Source: Candidatus Poseidoniales archaeon
Lineage (GTDB): Archaea; Thermoplasmatota; Poseidoniia; Poseidoniales; Thalassarchaeaceae
DNA length: 64,000 nt
Direction: 5' to 3'
Assembly: GCA_012964335.1 (NCBI GenBank)
Contig: DTUF01000024.1
Span: 35,853 to 99,852, forward strand
The notes under the pieces are model-generated. The model did not search any database and was not told the DNA's origin. It saw only the letters and a program-made list of their open reading frames with translations. Positions 55,050 through 64,000 of this stretch are shown in pieces; the stretch's first letter is position 1; every line of letters begins with the position of its first letter. Position numbers and translations under genes: made by a program.

Positions 55050-56287
55050 GTGAGGATTTGGCGAAAAAGCACTACCGGCCAGTAGAACTCTCTACCTTGC
55101 GAACTTGGATAATTACTGCTATTTTCGTAAATATTGCAATCATCCCAATAGAATGGTTGCGAACAGGTGATGGTGCGATGCTTTCAATACTTGATGTTGC
55201 AATTCTAGTAATTCTGTTGATGATGTTCCCTGAGAAACAAGAAAGTGCCAAACGTGATTTTGCTATTCTTGTTGCTGGTGTTGCAATGATTTCAGCAATT
55301 CTACGCTTGGCTACATCTGACCTAGTAATCTTTGATTACTGGGCTAGAGCTTGGCTTCTTCTTCCCGCGGCGATTACAATTTGGTGGATTTCATCACCAC
55401 ATGTTTCTGCTTGGGTAAAAGGCACGATGACAACTGAAACTGCTGCTAAAGGTCTGGCAAGAAATCGGAGCCTCGCACCGAAACTTTCAGCGCTTGGAGT
55501 TCACATCATCCTACTCCATGCTGTTGTATTAGTTCTAATTCCTGTCATTTGGATTCTTGATATTGCATTCTCTCCAGGAAATACACTGAGTGGTGCCTTG
55601 TTTGACCAATTTAGTACTGAACACTTCTCTAAAATTTTAAATGGCGAATCATTCTGGATTTGGTTGCGTAATTCAATTATTGTTAGTGTAGGGACCACAA
55701 TACTTGGTCTTGCATTGGCAATACCTGCTGGTTATGCCTTCAGCCGCTTCAAGTTTAGTGGGCGTGAACCTGCAATGTTCTCCTTCCTCTTGGTTCAGAT
55801 GTTCCCTGGAATTATCATCTTAGTTCCGTACTTTTTAGTAATGAAATCACTCGGCCTTCTTAATTCATGGCTTGGTTTAGTCTTAGCATATTCAGTTACC
55901 GCATTGCCCCTTTGTGTCTGGATGTTGAAGGGTTTCTTTGACACCGTACCTAAGGAATTAGAGGAAGCCGCTATCCTTGATGGGTGTAATCAATCTCAAG
56001 TGTTTAGAAAAGTCATCCTTCCTCTATCTGTACCTGCTGTTGCTGTTACCGCGTTATTCTCATTTTTGGCGGCATGGAACGAATTCCTCCTCGCTCTAAC
56101 CTTCAACACATCCAATGAAATGTACACCCTTCCAGTAGGTCTTGCATCCATGATCTCTTCAACCAGTCAAGCGTGGGGGGATTTCGCTGCAGCATCGATT
56201 TTAGTCAGTATACCAGTAGTTTTACTGTTCATTCTTTTCCAAAGATTCCTGATAGAGGGTCTTTCTGCTGGAGGAGTAAAGGGGTGA
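55046..56287 (+). CDS. malG: Carbohydrate ABC permease (MalG-like) with extra N-terminal TM domain
   Basis: [33 protein letters not shown]; ATGA overlap with the upstream stop at 55046-55049. Confidence 0.88.
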   Translation: MSEDLAKKHYRPVELSTLRTWIITAIFVNIAIIPIEWLRTGDGAMLSILDVAILVILLMMFPEKQESAKRDFAILVAGVAMISAILRLATSDLVIFDYWARAWLLLPAAITIWWISSPHVSAWVKGTMTTETAAKGLARNRSLAPKLSALGVHIILLHAVVLVLIPVIWILDIAFSPGNTLSGALFDQFSTEHFSKILNGESFWIWLRNSIIVSVGTTILGLALAIPAGYAFSRFKFSGREPAMFSFLLVQMFPGIIILVPYFLVMKSLGLLNSWLGLVLAYSVTALPLCVWMLKGFFDTVPKELEEAAILDGCNQSQVFRKVILPLSVPAVAVTALFSFLAAWNEFLLALTFNTSNEMYTLPVGLASMISSTSQAWGDFAAASILVSIPVVLLFILFQRFLIEGLSAGGVKG

Positions 56288-56291
56288 AGAA

Positions 56292-57065
56292 ATGGTCGAA
56301 GTGAAATTCGAAAATGTAACGAAGAAATATGATGATGGTACTGTCGCTGTGAATAAATTGAATCTAACCGTTCATGATGGTGAATTTTTGGTTCTAGTTG
56401 GGCCGAGTGGCTGTGGTAAGTCAACTAGTCTGAGAATGCTTGCTGGACTAGAAGATGTTACTGAAGGACAAATCACCATTGATGGGAATGTAGTCAATGA
56501 CTTGGCACCGGGTGCTCGTGATGTGGGAATGGTATTCCAAGGATACGCACTTTATCCACACATGACTGTTTCAGAAAATCTATCCTTTGGCTTAAGGATG
56601 GCAAAAGGGGATGATAAACTATCTAAAGATGAAATTCAAGTAAGGATTGATGACGCGGCGAGTTTACTCGGATTGACTGAACAACTTGACAAGAAACCAA
56701 AGGAATTGTCTGGTGGACAGCGCCAACGAGTGGCTCTAGGCAGAGCATTGGTTAGACGCCCGAAAGTCCTGCTAATGGACGAGCCACTATCAAATCTTGA
56801 CGCTGATTTGAGAAATCAGATGCGGACTGAAATCCGGCGCCTACATGATGAATTAGGGACAACAACGGTTTATGTTACGCATGACCAGATTGAAGCGATG
56901 ACATTAGCCGATAGAATCGCGATAATGGATGGCGGTGAATTACAACAGCACGCACCACCCCTAACCGCTTACAATGAACCGGCAAACGATTTTGTGAAGG
57001 GATTCTTGTGTAAGCATATAGACGAAATAGTTGAAACAGCGAACAATATCTTCCAGCAGGAGTGA
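56292..57065 (+). CDS. malK: Sugar ABC transporter ATPase (MalK/MsmX-like), short form
   Basis: [54 protein letters not shown]. Confidence 0.93.
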   Translation: MVEVKFENVTKKYDDGTVAVNKLNLTVHDGEFLVLVGPSGCGKSTSLRMLAGLEDVTEGQITIDGNVVNDLAPGARDVGMVFQGYALYPHMTVSENLSFGLRMAKGDDKLSKDEIQVRIDDAASLLGLTEQLDKKPKELSGGQRQRVALGRALVRRPKVLLMDEPLSNLDADLRNQMRTEIRRLHDELGTTTVYVTHDQIEAMTLADRIAIMDGGELQQHAPPLTAYNEPANDFVKGFLCKHIDEIVETANNIFQQE

Positions 57066-57071
57066 GACTCA

Positions 57072-59804
57072 ATGCGCAAGGCGACTTTGTTGGTGATTCT
57101 GCTAATCATCGCCTCATTACCAAGCCCAGCGACAGCAGATGAAAATCCAGTTCGACAACGCTCAAACATGACTGAATTTACTTGGGTAGGTTCAGCAACA
57201 ACAGTGCAAGTTTCAGGTGAATGGGATGATTGGCAAGTCCGTACAGATTTAGTAGAGAATAACGGGTCTTGGATTGTTGAACTCAGTCTTAATCCTGGTA
57301 TGTATTGCTACAAACTTATCATTGATAATAATTGGATTTTTGACCCTGCCGAGCCATATCGCGGTTATTGTGGGTCATTTGAGAATAGCATTGTTCGAGT
57401 ACCTGATGCTTCAATCCCGATGTTCACTCATGAAATTAATAATCAAGATTTAACTATCTACTGGCATGCCGGAACCAGCGGCGGTGCACCTGAATATACT
57501 CCATCTGCTCTGACTAACAGCTCGTGGGATGCTCAGACATGGACATGGAGCCTTGACCTGTCAAACCTACCTGATGGAAAGAATACTCTACACATCAACG
57601 GAGAGGATGTTGATGGAAATATAGCCGATGATTTGTTACTACCATTTTGGAATGGACCACAAGCAGATTTCGTTTGGGAAGATGCCCTCATTTACATGAT
57701 AATGACCGATCGGTTTGTCAACGGTAACAATTCAAATGACCCACTTTTTGTCAACGGCAACTCAACGGGCGCTGCCCAAGGCGCTGATTGGATGGGGGGG
57801 GATTTCGCCGGCATTACTCAGATGATTCACTCAGGACATTTCACAAATCTTGGAGTTAATGCACTATGGTTGACCCCTTTCAACTCAGCAGCAAATGGCA
57901 CCGGCTCAAGTTCAGATGGGCAACACGAAGTTTCAGCCTACCATGGATATTGGCCTGTTGAACCCCGTGGAATTGATTCACGATTAGGGACTGAAGCAGA
58001 GTTGCATGAATTAGTGGATGCTGCACATGATGCTGGAATTCGCATAATGGGTGATTTTGTTGTAAATCACGTGCATGAAGACCACCCTTACTACTCCAAT
58101 AACCCTGAGTGGTTCAACCAAGGTTGTCTATGTGGTTCTGAAAATTGTGACTGGACTGAACACCGCCTTGACTGCTTGTTCAGTTCATACATGCCAGATG
58201 TCAATTGGCGTGAGAGGAACGCTAGTGAACAATTCATTTCTGATGTGATATGGTGGATGGAAACATTTGACCTTGATGGTGGACGAATAGATGCTGTCAA
58301 GCATGTTGAAGACCTTGCGATTACTAATCTAGCAGTACGCATCAATGAGAGATTTGAAACGGCTGGAACCGATTATTATCTGAAAGGTGAAACAGCCATG
58401 GGATGGGCTGGCCACAACTTGAATGACAATGCCAATGAGTATGGAACAATCAACAATTACATTGGGCCAAATGCACTTGATGGACAAGCTGACTTTGTTC
58501 TCTATCATGCGGTAGTAGACAATGTATTCACCTCAGGTAATATGGATTATGCGCATTTGGATTACTGGACTGCTCGAAGCCAGGACCAATATGTTGAAGG
58601 TGCAATAATGGTGCCTTTTGTCGGTAGTCATGATGTACCACGATTCACAAGCCGAGCAGATACTGGCACATCGGATGCTTGGAATCAATGGGTTGAGGAT
58701 GGCTTACCAGGTCAACCGGGAATTGATGGACCATACCAAACTGCTTTACAGGCTTACACGTGGCTACTTACAACGCCAGGTTCAGCCATGATTTACCAAG
58801 GGGATGAATATGGTGAATTTGGTGGGGCCGACCCTGACAATCGGCATATGTGGCGTAACATATCTAATCACAATTCGCGGGAAAACTCAATTATGGAAAA
58901 TATCAGTGCAATCGGTCAATTGAGGTTTAATTCAGATGCACTTCGCCGAGGTACATACGCATCCCTATCCAACGGAACAGATACGATCGCTTGGTCGATG
59001 ACAACTGAATCCGACCAAGCGGTGATTGCTATGAATCGTGGCACCACATCTGCAGAATTCAACCTGTTACTGGATTGGGTTGCAAACGATTCACTAAACG
59101 GCATTGTGATGAGTGATGAACACGAATTCACCCTACCTCCACATAGCGTTGCTATCTTCTTCCCTGAAAATGAAAACATCACAACACCCCCTGTTGAAGG
59201 GTGCACAGATGCTAATGCAACAAACTTTGACCCCCTCGCTGAAATTGATGATGGAACCTGTGAATACCAGGAACCACCACAAGAAGGTTGCACCGATTCA
59301 ACTGCTACGAATTATGATTCACTTGCCGAAATTGATGATGGCTCATGTGAATATGAGGAGCCACCCCAAGAGGGTTGTACCGATGCTGAAGCAATTAATT
59401 TTGATATTCTAGCAGAGGTTGATGATGGCACATGTGAATATAGTAATCCAGACCCTGATGACAATTCAAGCAATGATACAGGGAATCAAACCGATAACCA
59501 AACAGGTAACCAAAACTCAACTAATTCAACTGATGATAATACTGAGGATGTAAATACATCATGCATTACACCTGATGGAACCACTTACGAGGATGGTGAA
59601 ACGTGGGGAAAAACTTGCAATACATGCAGTTGTGAGAATGGAGAAATAATTTGCACTACGGAGGTATGCGATTCAACAATTGATGACCTTGAAAGAACGC
59701 AGGGTGGATTTAGTTTCCTTACTGGAGCGGCAATAGGATTCATTATACTCATAGTGTTTGCAATCGGGGCTGTTTTAATCATCACTCAGAGTCGTCGTGA
59801 CTGA
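57072..59804 (+). CDS. Secreted membrane-anchored alpha-amylase (GH13) with N-terminal CBM48-like domain
   Basis: Signal peptide; V.VSGEWDDW...Y.YK..ID..W..DP (CBM48/AMPK-like); YHGYW, DFVVNH, RIDAVKH (Asp), GE (Glu), SHD (Asp); Cys-rich repeats; C-terminal TM. Confidence 0.92.
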   Translation: MRKATLLVILLIIASLPSPATADENPVRQRSNMTEFTWVGSATTVQVSGEWDDWQVRTDLVENNGSWIVELSLNPGMYCYKLIIDNNWIFDPAEPYRGYCGSFENSIVRVPDASIPMFTHEINNQDLTIYWHAGTSGGAPEYTPSALTNSSWDAQTWTWSLDLSNLPDGKNTLHINGEDVDGNIADDLLLPFWNGPQADFVWEDALIYMIMTDRFVNGNNSNDPLFVNGNSTGAAQGADWMGGDFAGITQMIHSGHFTNLGVNALWLTPFNSAANGTGSSSDGQHEVSAYHGYWPVEPRGIDSRLGTEAELHELVDAAHDAGIRIMGDFVVNHVHEDHPYYSNNPEWFNQGCLCGSENCDWTEHRLDCLFSSYMPDVNWRERNASEQFISDVIWWMETFDLDGGRIDAVKHVEDLAITNLAVRINERFETAGTDYYLKGETAMGWAGHNLNDNANEYGTINNYIGPNALDGQADFVLYHAVVDNVFTSGNMDYAHLDYWTARSQDQYVEGAIMVPFVGSHDVPRFTSRADTGTSDAWNQWVEDGLPGQPGIDGPYQTALQAYTWLLTTPGSAMIYQGDEYGEFGGADPDNRHMWRNISNHNSRENSIMENISAIGQLRFNSDALRRGTYASLSNGTDTIAWSMTTESDQAVIAMNRGTTSAEFNLLLDWVANDSLNGIVMSDEHEFTLPPHSVAIFFPENENITTPPVEGCTDANATNFDPLAEIDDGTCEYQEPPQEGCTDSTATNYDSLAEIDDGSCEYEEPPQEGCTDAEAINFDILAEVDDGTCEYSNPDPDDNSSNDTGNQTDNQTGNQNSTNSTDDNTEDVNTSCITPDGTTYEDGETWGKTCNTCSCENGEIICTTEVCDSTIDDLERTQGGFSFLTGAAIGFIILIVFAIGAVLIITQSRRD
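59199..59441 (+). repeat. Three 87-bp (29-aa) tandem repeats GCTD..A.N[FY]D.LAE[IV]DDG[TS]CEY within the GH13 gene
   Basis: Units start at 59199, 59286 and 59373. Confidence 0.9.
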
Positions 59805-61428
59805 ATAATTCATAGAAATGCACGTAATCTGAAATCATCCTTGCACCTGTGAATCTAGCACTTGTCGCAATTGCTGCTCGCATGAGATGAGCCCATCTTT
59901 GCTCTCCAACCGACCAAGCCTGCAAGATCTCATTTTCTAGCACTGAGTAAAGTGAATTTACATCTCTCTGGTCATCGCGCTCATCCTCAGCCTTTCCAAT
60001 AGCCCAGCCATTAACCCCATGTTCACAGGCTTCTGGCCACCATCCGTCTAAAATTGAGAAGTTCGGAACCCCATTCATTGCCGCCTTCATACCACTGGTC
60101 CCCGAAGCCTCCATTGGGCGAACCGGGTTGTTCAACCAAATATCGACACCACCGGTCATTGCAAGACCGGTAGCCATTGAATAATCCTCCAAGAATGCAA
60201 CTGGTATCTCATCTGAAATCTGTTCAGCACCAGCAAAGATGTCGCGAATTAGTTGTTTTCCCCCCTCATCCCTAGGGTGGGCTTTACCAGCGAAAACAAA
60301 CTGAATCTTGCCTGCTCCAATCGCTCTTAGTCTCTCTAAATCACTGAACACTAAATTTGCTCTTTTGTAGGTTGCAAAGCGCCGGGCAAAACCAATTGTC
60401 AAGCGATCTTCATGCAGCTCAACACCTGTGCTCACATGCACTAGGTCACGCAAAACTGCTCTCGCTTGTTGGCGTGCTGAAATCAAATCAGCATCAGGTA
60501 TTTTCCCAGCATGTGCCAAGATTGCTGGGTCATTACGCCAGCCATGCAAATACTCATCAAAGATTTCCTTCATAGGAGGAGTTGTCCAAGTAAGGTGGTG
60601 AACTCCATTGGTTATGGGTTCAATGTGCGTTCCTTCAAACATTGTAGAAGCCACCCAAGCATTTAGGTTAGATACAGCATTCACTTGACCTGCCAAAGCG
60701 ATTGCAAGATGACTCATTGAACATGATTCTTGGCACCCATCAATGGTACGTACATTTTCGGGTAATAAATTGCCAATCACATCTTCTACATCCTCCCAAG
60801 CAAATCGATCGTGACCTGCAGGAACGGGGGTATGAGTTGTAAACAATGTTCGTCTTGACAACTCAGCGAGAGTCCATCCTTGAGATATCATCTCTAGAGC
60901 AGCAAATGTACAATGCCCTTCGTTGAGATGTAATCCTTTCAACGGCCACTCTCCAATGGCCTTTAGGACTCTAATACCCCCAACACCAAGCAGATATTCT
61001 TGCCGTAGTCTTGTAGAATCATCACCGCCATAAAGTCGATTTCCTAAAGCGGCATGCTCAGGTTTGTTCAAGTCATGCCTAGTGTCAATAAAATATACAG
61101 GAACCACATGACCACTAATTCCAGTTACATGAGTAACCCAGACGCGAGCATTTAGAGTGGTGCCATCTAATGGCAAAGCCAATTCAATACCTGTATCTGT
61201 GAGGTGTTCTGAAGGGTCAATTTCGGGGTAAGTTTCAGACTGATTCCCCTCAGCATCGAGGTGTTGTCTACCGTATCCCTCGCGATAAAGTAGAGTTACA
61301 GCGACTAGGTCTACTTCCCCATCAGCAGCTGACTTTACATGGTCACCTGCGAGCACGCCAAGCCCACCAGAATAGGTGTGAAGGTCAGACCATAGCCCAA
61401 TCTCTGCCGAGAAGTATGCGACTACCAT
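59782..61428 (-). CDS. glgP: Alpha-glucan (maltodextrin/glycogen) phosphorylase, GT35, short form
   Basis: YFSAEIG, YSGGLGVLAGD, HLNEGH, FTTHTPVPAGHD, GFARRFATYKRA, EASGTSGMKAAMNG (PLP lysine). Confidence 0.95.
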   Translation of the reverse strand: MVVAYFSAEIGLWSDLHTYSGGLGVLAGDHVKSAADGEVDLVAVTLLYREGYGRQHLDAEGNQSETYPEIDPSEHLTDTGIELALPLDGTTLNARVWVTHVTGISGHVVPVYFIDTRHDLNKPEHAALGNRLYGGDDSTRLRQEYLLGVGGIRVLKAIGEWPLKGLHLNEGHCTFAALEMISQGWTLAELSRRTLFTTHTPVPAGHDRFAWEDVEDVIGNLLPENVRTIDGCQESCSMSHLAIALAGQVNAVSNLNAWVASTMFEGTHIEPITNGVHHLTWTTPPMKEIFDEYLHGWRNDPAILAHAGKIPDADLISARQQARAVLRDLVHVSTGVELHEDRLTIGFARRFATYKRANLVFSDLERLRAIGAGKIQFVFAGKAHPRDEGGKQLIRDIFAGAEQISDEIPVAFLEDYSMATGLAMTGGVDIWLNNPVRPMEASGTSGMKAAMNGVPNFSILDGWWPEACEHGVNGWAIGKAEDERDDQRDVNSLYSVLENEILQAWSVGEQRWAHLMRAAIATSARFTGARMISDYVHFYELFSHDDSE

Positions 61429-61482
61429 GGGTACACCCGATTGAAATCAGTCATATCATATCTCCTTACAATCTCAAATAAT

Positions 61483-62772
61483 TCAACTATTGAACTGATT
61501 ATGATTCCGCTTTGATTGCGATACCATTTCGGAAAACCGAATGACCGTTTCTGCATCTATTTCCGGCCATTGAAATTGCCAAGACCAATTTCCTGATTTA
61601 GTGCCTGGCGTATTCATTCTAGCTTCGCTACCCAACCCCATAACATCTTGAAGAGGAATAATAGCAAGAGTTGCGGGTGAATTCAAGGCCTCCTGAATCA
61701 AATCCCGAACAGGTTTTCCCCCCCAGCCAACTGTGGTATCATTGTCGTGAGTCCCAGTATAGACTACCATGTCCTCCGTATGGTTCTCAGGATTGTGAGG
61801 ATTGTCAACGTCATCATTGGCGAAGTGCAAGACTGCCATACCGGATATCCCATTTTCCTTTCTCAATTCGACAACTGATTGTGGAATGATTCCCAAATCT
61901 TCGGCGACAATTTTCTCCGCTGGTGCAACCTCAAGAATAGCCTCAAGAAGTTCTGTTTGCGGCCCTTGAACCCACTGGCCATTCTTGGCAGTTGGGTGAT
62001 GAGCCGGAATCTCCCATGCTGAATCTAAGGCACGAAAATGGTCTATTCTAACTAGGTCGAACATCTCGAATATACGCGCTGTGCGTGCTTTCCACCAAGC
62101 GAAATCTTCTTCGCGGTGTGCATCCCAATCATACAGCACTGTACCCCACTTTTGCCCATCAGGTGAGAAGTAGTCAGGTGGGACTCCTGCGACCACCGAG
62201 GGTGCCCCACTAGCCTCAAGTTTGAACAAATGTTGGTTTGCCCAGACATCCGCTGAATCATGGGCTACAAAGAAAGGCAAATCTCCGAACAGGCTGACCC
62301 CACATTCATCAGCTGTGTTGCGTAGTTGACCCCAATCAACATTGATAATGAATTGCTCTTCCATCCATCTACTCATTGAACCAGACAACTCATCAATAAT
62401 TTCCTCAATAGCCTCTGGTTCTCTGTCCCTAAGAGGGGCTGGCCACTGAGTCCATGGCAAGCCATCTAACTGGTGTTTCAAAACCTCAAACAGTGCATAG
62501 TCCTCCAGCCAGTGGCGGTTTTTCTCAACCCACTTCTCTACATACTCGTAATCCAAGCGATAATGCATTTCTTGGTCACGAAATCCAACCCAAACGGCAA
62601 ATGCCGAATGCGATGCGTATGGTGACCCATGTTCATCGGGAGGTGTGAGTGGCAACATCTGCCATACGGTGCAACCAAGGTCGCCAAGCAATCTACAGAA
62701 TTGATGTGCATCTCCCCCTAAAGTTCGCGAAGGAAGCGAGGTAAGATGACATAGAATACCTGCTCGTCGCAT
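61483..62772 (-). CDS. malQ: 4-alpha-glucanotransferase (amylomaltase, GH77)
   Basis: MRRAGILCHLTSLP, WQMLPL, GDLPFFVAHDSADVW, GVPPDYFS, RIDHFR, AEDLG, YTGTHDNDT; start moved to ATG 62772. Confidence 0.95.
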   Translation of the reverse strand: MRRAGILCHLTSLPSRTLGGDAHQFCRLLGDLGCTVWQMLPLTPPDEHGSPYASHSAFAVWVGFRDQEMHYRLDYEYVEKWVEKNRHWLEDYALFEVLKHQLDGLPWTQWPAPLRDREPEAIEEIIDELSGSMSRWMEEQFIINVDWGQLRNTADECGVSLFGDLPFFVAHDSADVWANQHLFKLEASGAPSVVAGVPPDYFSPDGQKWGTVLYDWDAHREEDFAWWKARTARIFEMFDLVRIDHFRALDSAWEIPAHHPTAKNGQWVQGPQTELLEAILEVAPAEKIVAEDLGIIPQSVVELRKENGISGMAVLHFANDDVDNPHNPENHTEDMVVYTGTHDNDTTVGWGGKPVRDLIQEALNSPATLAIIPLQDVMGLGSEARMNTPGTKSGNWSWQFQWPEIDAETVIRFSEMVSQSKRNHNQFNS

Positions 62773-62831
62773 GAACGGCCTACGGCCGTTGCGACCATAA
62801 TGTTTTGATGTGCCGTCAACTGCCAATTCTG

Positions 62832-64000
62832 ATGAAGCGTCATTCAGCACTCATTTCACTTCTGTTGGTGATGACTCCACTGCTTGGCATTATCAGCAGC
62901 GCTGCTACACCTGACGACATTACCATTGATGGTGACCTCTCAGAATGGGACTCAGACACGCTAGTAGATATTGATTCAAATTCGTCGGTACCTTTCAGAA
63001 TGACATGGAATGATACTCATCTGTTCTTTGCATGGCAAGAAACTGATTGGGCAAGTGTAAATGAAGGGGCTGACCTATTCATTTATCTGAATACTACTGA
63101 AGGTGGAAGCCCTCTGTCAAAAGAGTGGTCTCTTTCACAGACCTTACCGTTTGCAGCAGACTTTGCTTTCGTGATTGAGGATTCATCATATTTCTCTTTA
63201 CAAACCTACAATGGCTCAGCATGGGTTGCAGCCGACCAAACTGACGTTACCGCATTTGTTGGCTGGTCAGGTAATACAAATACAGAGATTTCCATACCTT
63301 GGAATAACATTGGGTCCCCCACCAGTCTAGCAGTTATTGTCTGGTCGCAGTGGCAGGATGAAGGCAATGTCTGGACTTCATTCCCATCTGAAAATCCCGC
63401 TAGCAATGATGGTGCAGAAACCTTCACGTACGCATATGTAATTGCAGACCGCACAGTTGACCAAACACCTGGATACACTCCAGTTGTTGATTTTTCTGGA
63501 ACCGTGGAAAAAATGGACGATGCTCTGAACTTAGCAATCGTTTTCCACCAGCATCAACCGTACTACAAAAACAAGTTAACTGGTATGATTGAGATGCCCT
63601 GGGTAAGGGTTCATGGCATGACCGAATACGTCGATTCCCCCGGTATTTTGGCCCAACACCCCGGCACAAAAGTGACCTATAATTTAGTACCATCCTTTGT
63701 TGAACAACTCGTTGAATACCACCGAGACGGGACTGCTGATGTTCATACTGACTTCGCTCGGAGATACTGGCCAGTTGATGTGAATGGGACGGTGACTGAC
63801 TATCCAAATGCCACCTCACTAGAATTACACACCATGCAATTTCAATCATTTTGGAATTCCGGATGGATTTACAATGTGTCAGCAGAAGATTCTGAGTTAG
63901 GATGGCTGTATCCAGCCGCTTCTCGCTATTCTGAGATTTATGGGATGACTCTGCATAATCTGAAACCAGCAACTATCATGGATGATACACTGTTATCACC
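62832..64000 (+). CDS. Secreted GH57 amylopullulanase-like enzyme (runs off the window end; absent from the ORF track)
   Basis: Manual translation from ATG 62832: MKRHSALISLLLVMTPLLGIISSA signal peptide, ITIDGDLSEW DOMON-like domain, then LNLAIVFHQHQPYY, PWVRVH and TYNLVPSFVEQL motifs of GH57. Confidence 0.88.
   Translation, partial: MKRHSALISLLLVMTPLLGIISSAATPDDITIDGDLSEWDSDTLVDIDSNSSVPFRMTWNDTHLFFAWQETDWASVNEGADLFIYLNTTEGGSPLSKEWSLSQTLPFAADFAFVIEDSSYFSLQTYNGSAWVAADQTDVTAFVGWSGNTNTEISIPWNNIGSPTSLAVIVWSQWQDEGNVWTSFPSENPASNDGAETFTYAYVIADRTVDQTPGYTPVVDFSGTVEKMDDALNLAIVFHQHQPYYKNKLTGMIEMPWVRVHGMTEYVDSPGILAQHPGTKVTYNLVPSFVEQLVEYHRDGTADVHTDFARRYWPVDVNGTVTDYPNATSLELHTMQFQSFWNSGWIYNVSAEDSELGWLYPAASRYSEIYGMTLHNLKPATIMDDTLLS

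Noticed and set aside
63206-63972. Minus-strand ORFs of 90 and 182 aa
   Set aside because: Antisense to the GH57 gene on the + strand, which the ORF track missed because it has no stop inside the window
1-64000. Mobile elements, integrases, CRISPR-Cas or defence systems
   Set aside because: No transposase, integrase or cas motifs and no repeat arrays seen; the lone TerB-like and PIN genes are explained as a stand-alone TerB and Nob1

Overview
Gene-dense archaeal chromosomal segment. PolD small subunit, archaeal-type TyrS, a Nob1-like protein, a SAMP/MoaD protein, DUF835 and archaeal-type tRNAs point to Euryarchaeota/Thermoplasmatota. The amino-acid and fatty-acid catabolic genes and the giant secreted proteins suggest Marine Group II (Poseidoniales); this is an inference. 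Left third (1-26.7 kb): housekeeping and catabolic genes (citrate synthase, kbl, etfAB, two acyl-CoA dehydrogenases, tyrS, HMG-CoA synthase, class II CCA enzyme, tRNA-Val, PolD DP1). It also holds several unusual proteins: an apparently circularly permuted GDPD, a degenerate DnaA-like ATPase paired with a DUF835 protein, and a GcvH homologue without its lipoyl-lysine. Centre (26.8-50.3 kb): a minus-strand cell-surface cluster of ABC ATPase, 1586-aa FtsX/MacB-like permease, 1078-aa anchored surface protein and a 4641-aa giant protein. The giant protein ends in TM helix, acidic loop, an internal class III (prepilin) signal peptide and a 185-aa pilin-like domain. It also carries a type-1 copper site and a domain shared with the GH57 enzyme, and is followed by a four-hairpin structured 3' element. 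This putative adhesin-pilin polyprotein is the best candidate for an undescribed system. Right end (52.1-64 kb): tRNA-Glu, then an alpha-glucan utilisation locus (MalE-MalF fusion, MalG, MalK, anchored GH13, phosphorylase, GH77, and a GH57 truncated by the window edge). All family assignments come from motif recognition by eye; no searches were run.
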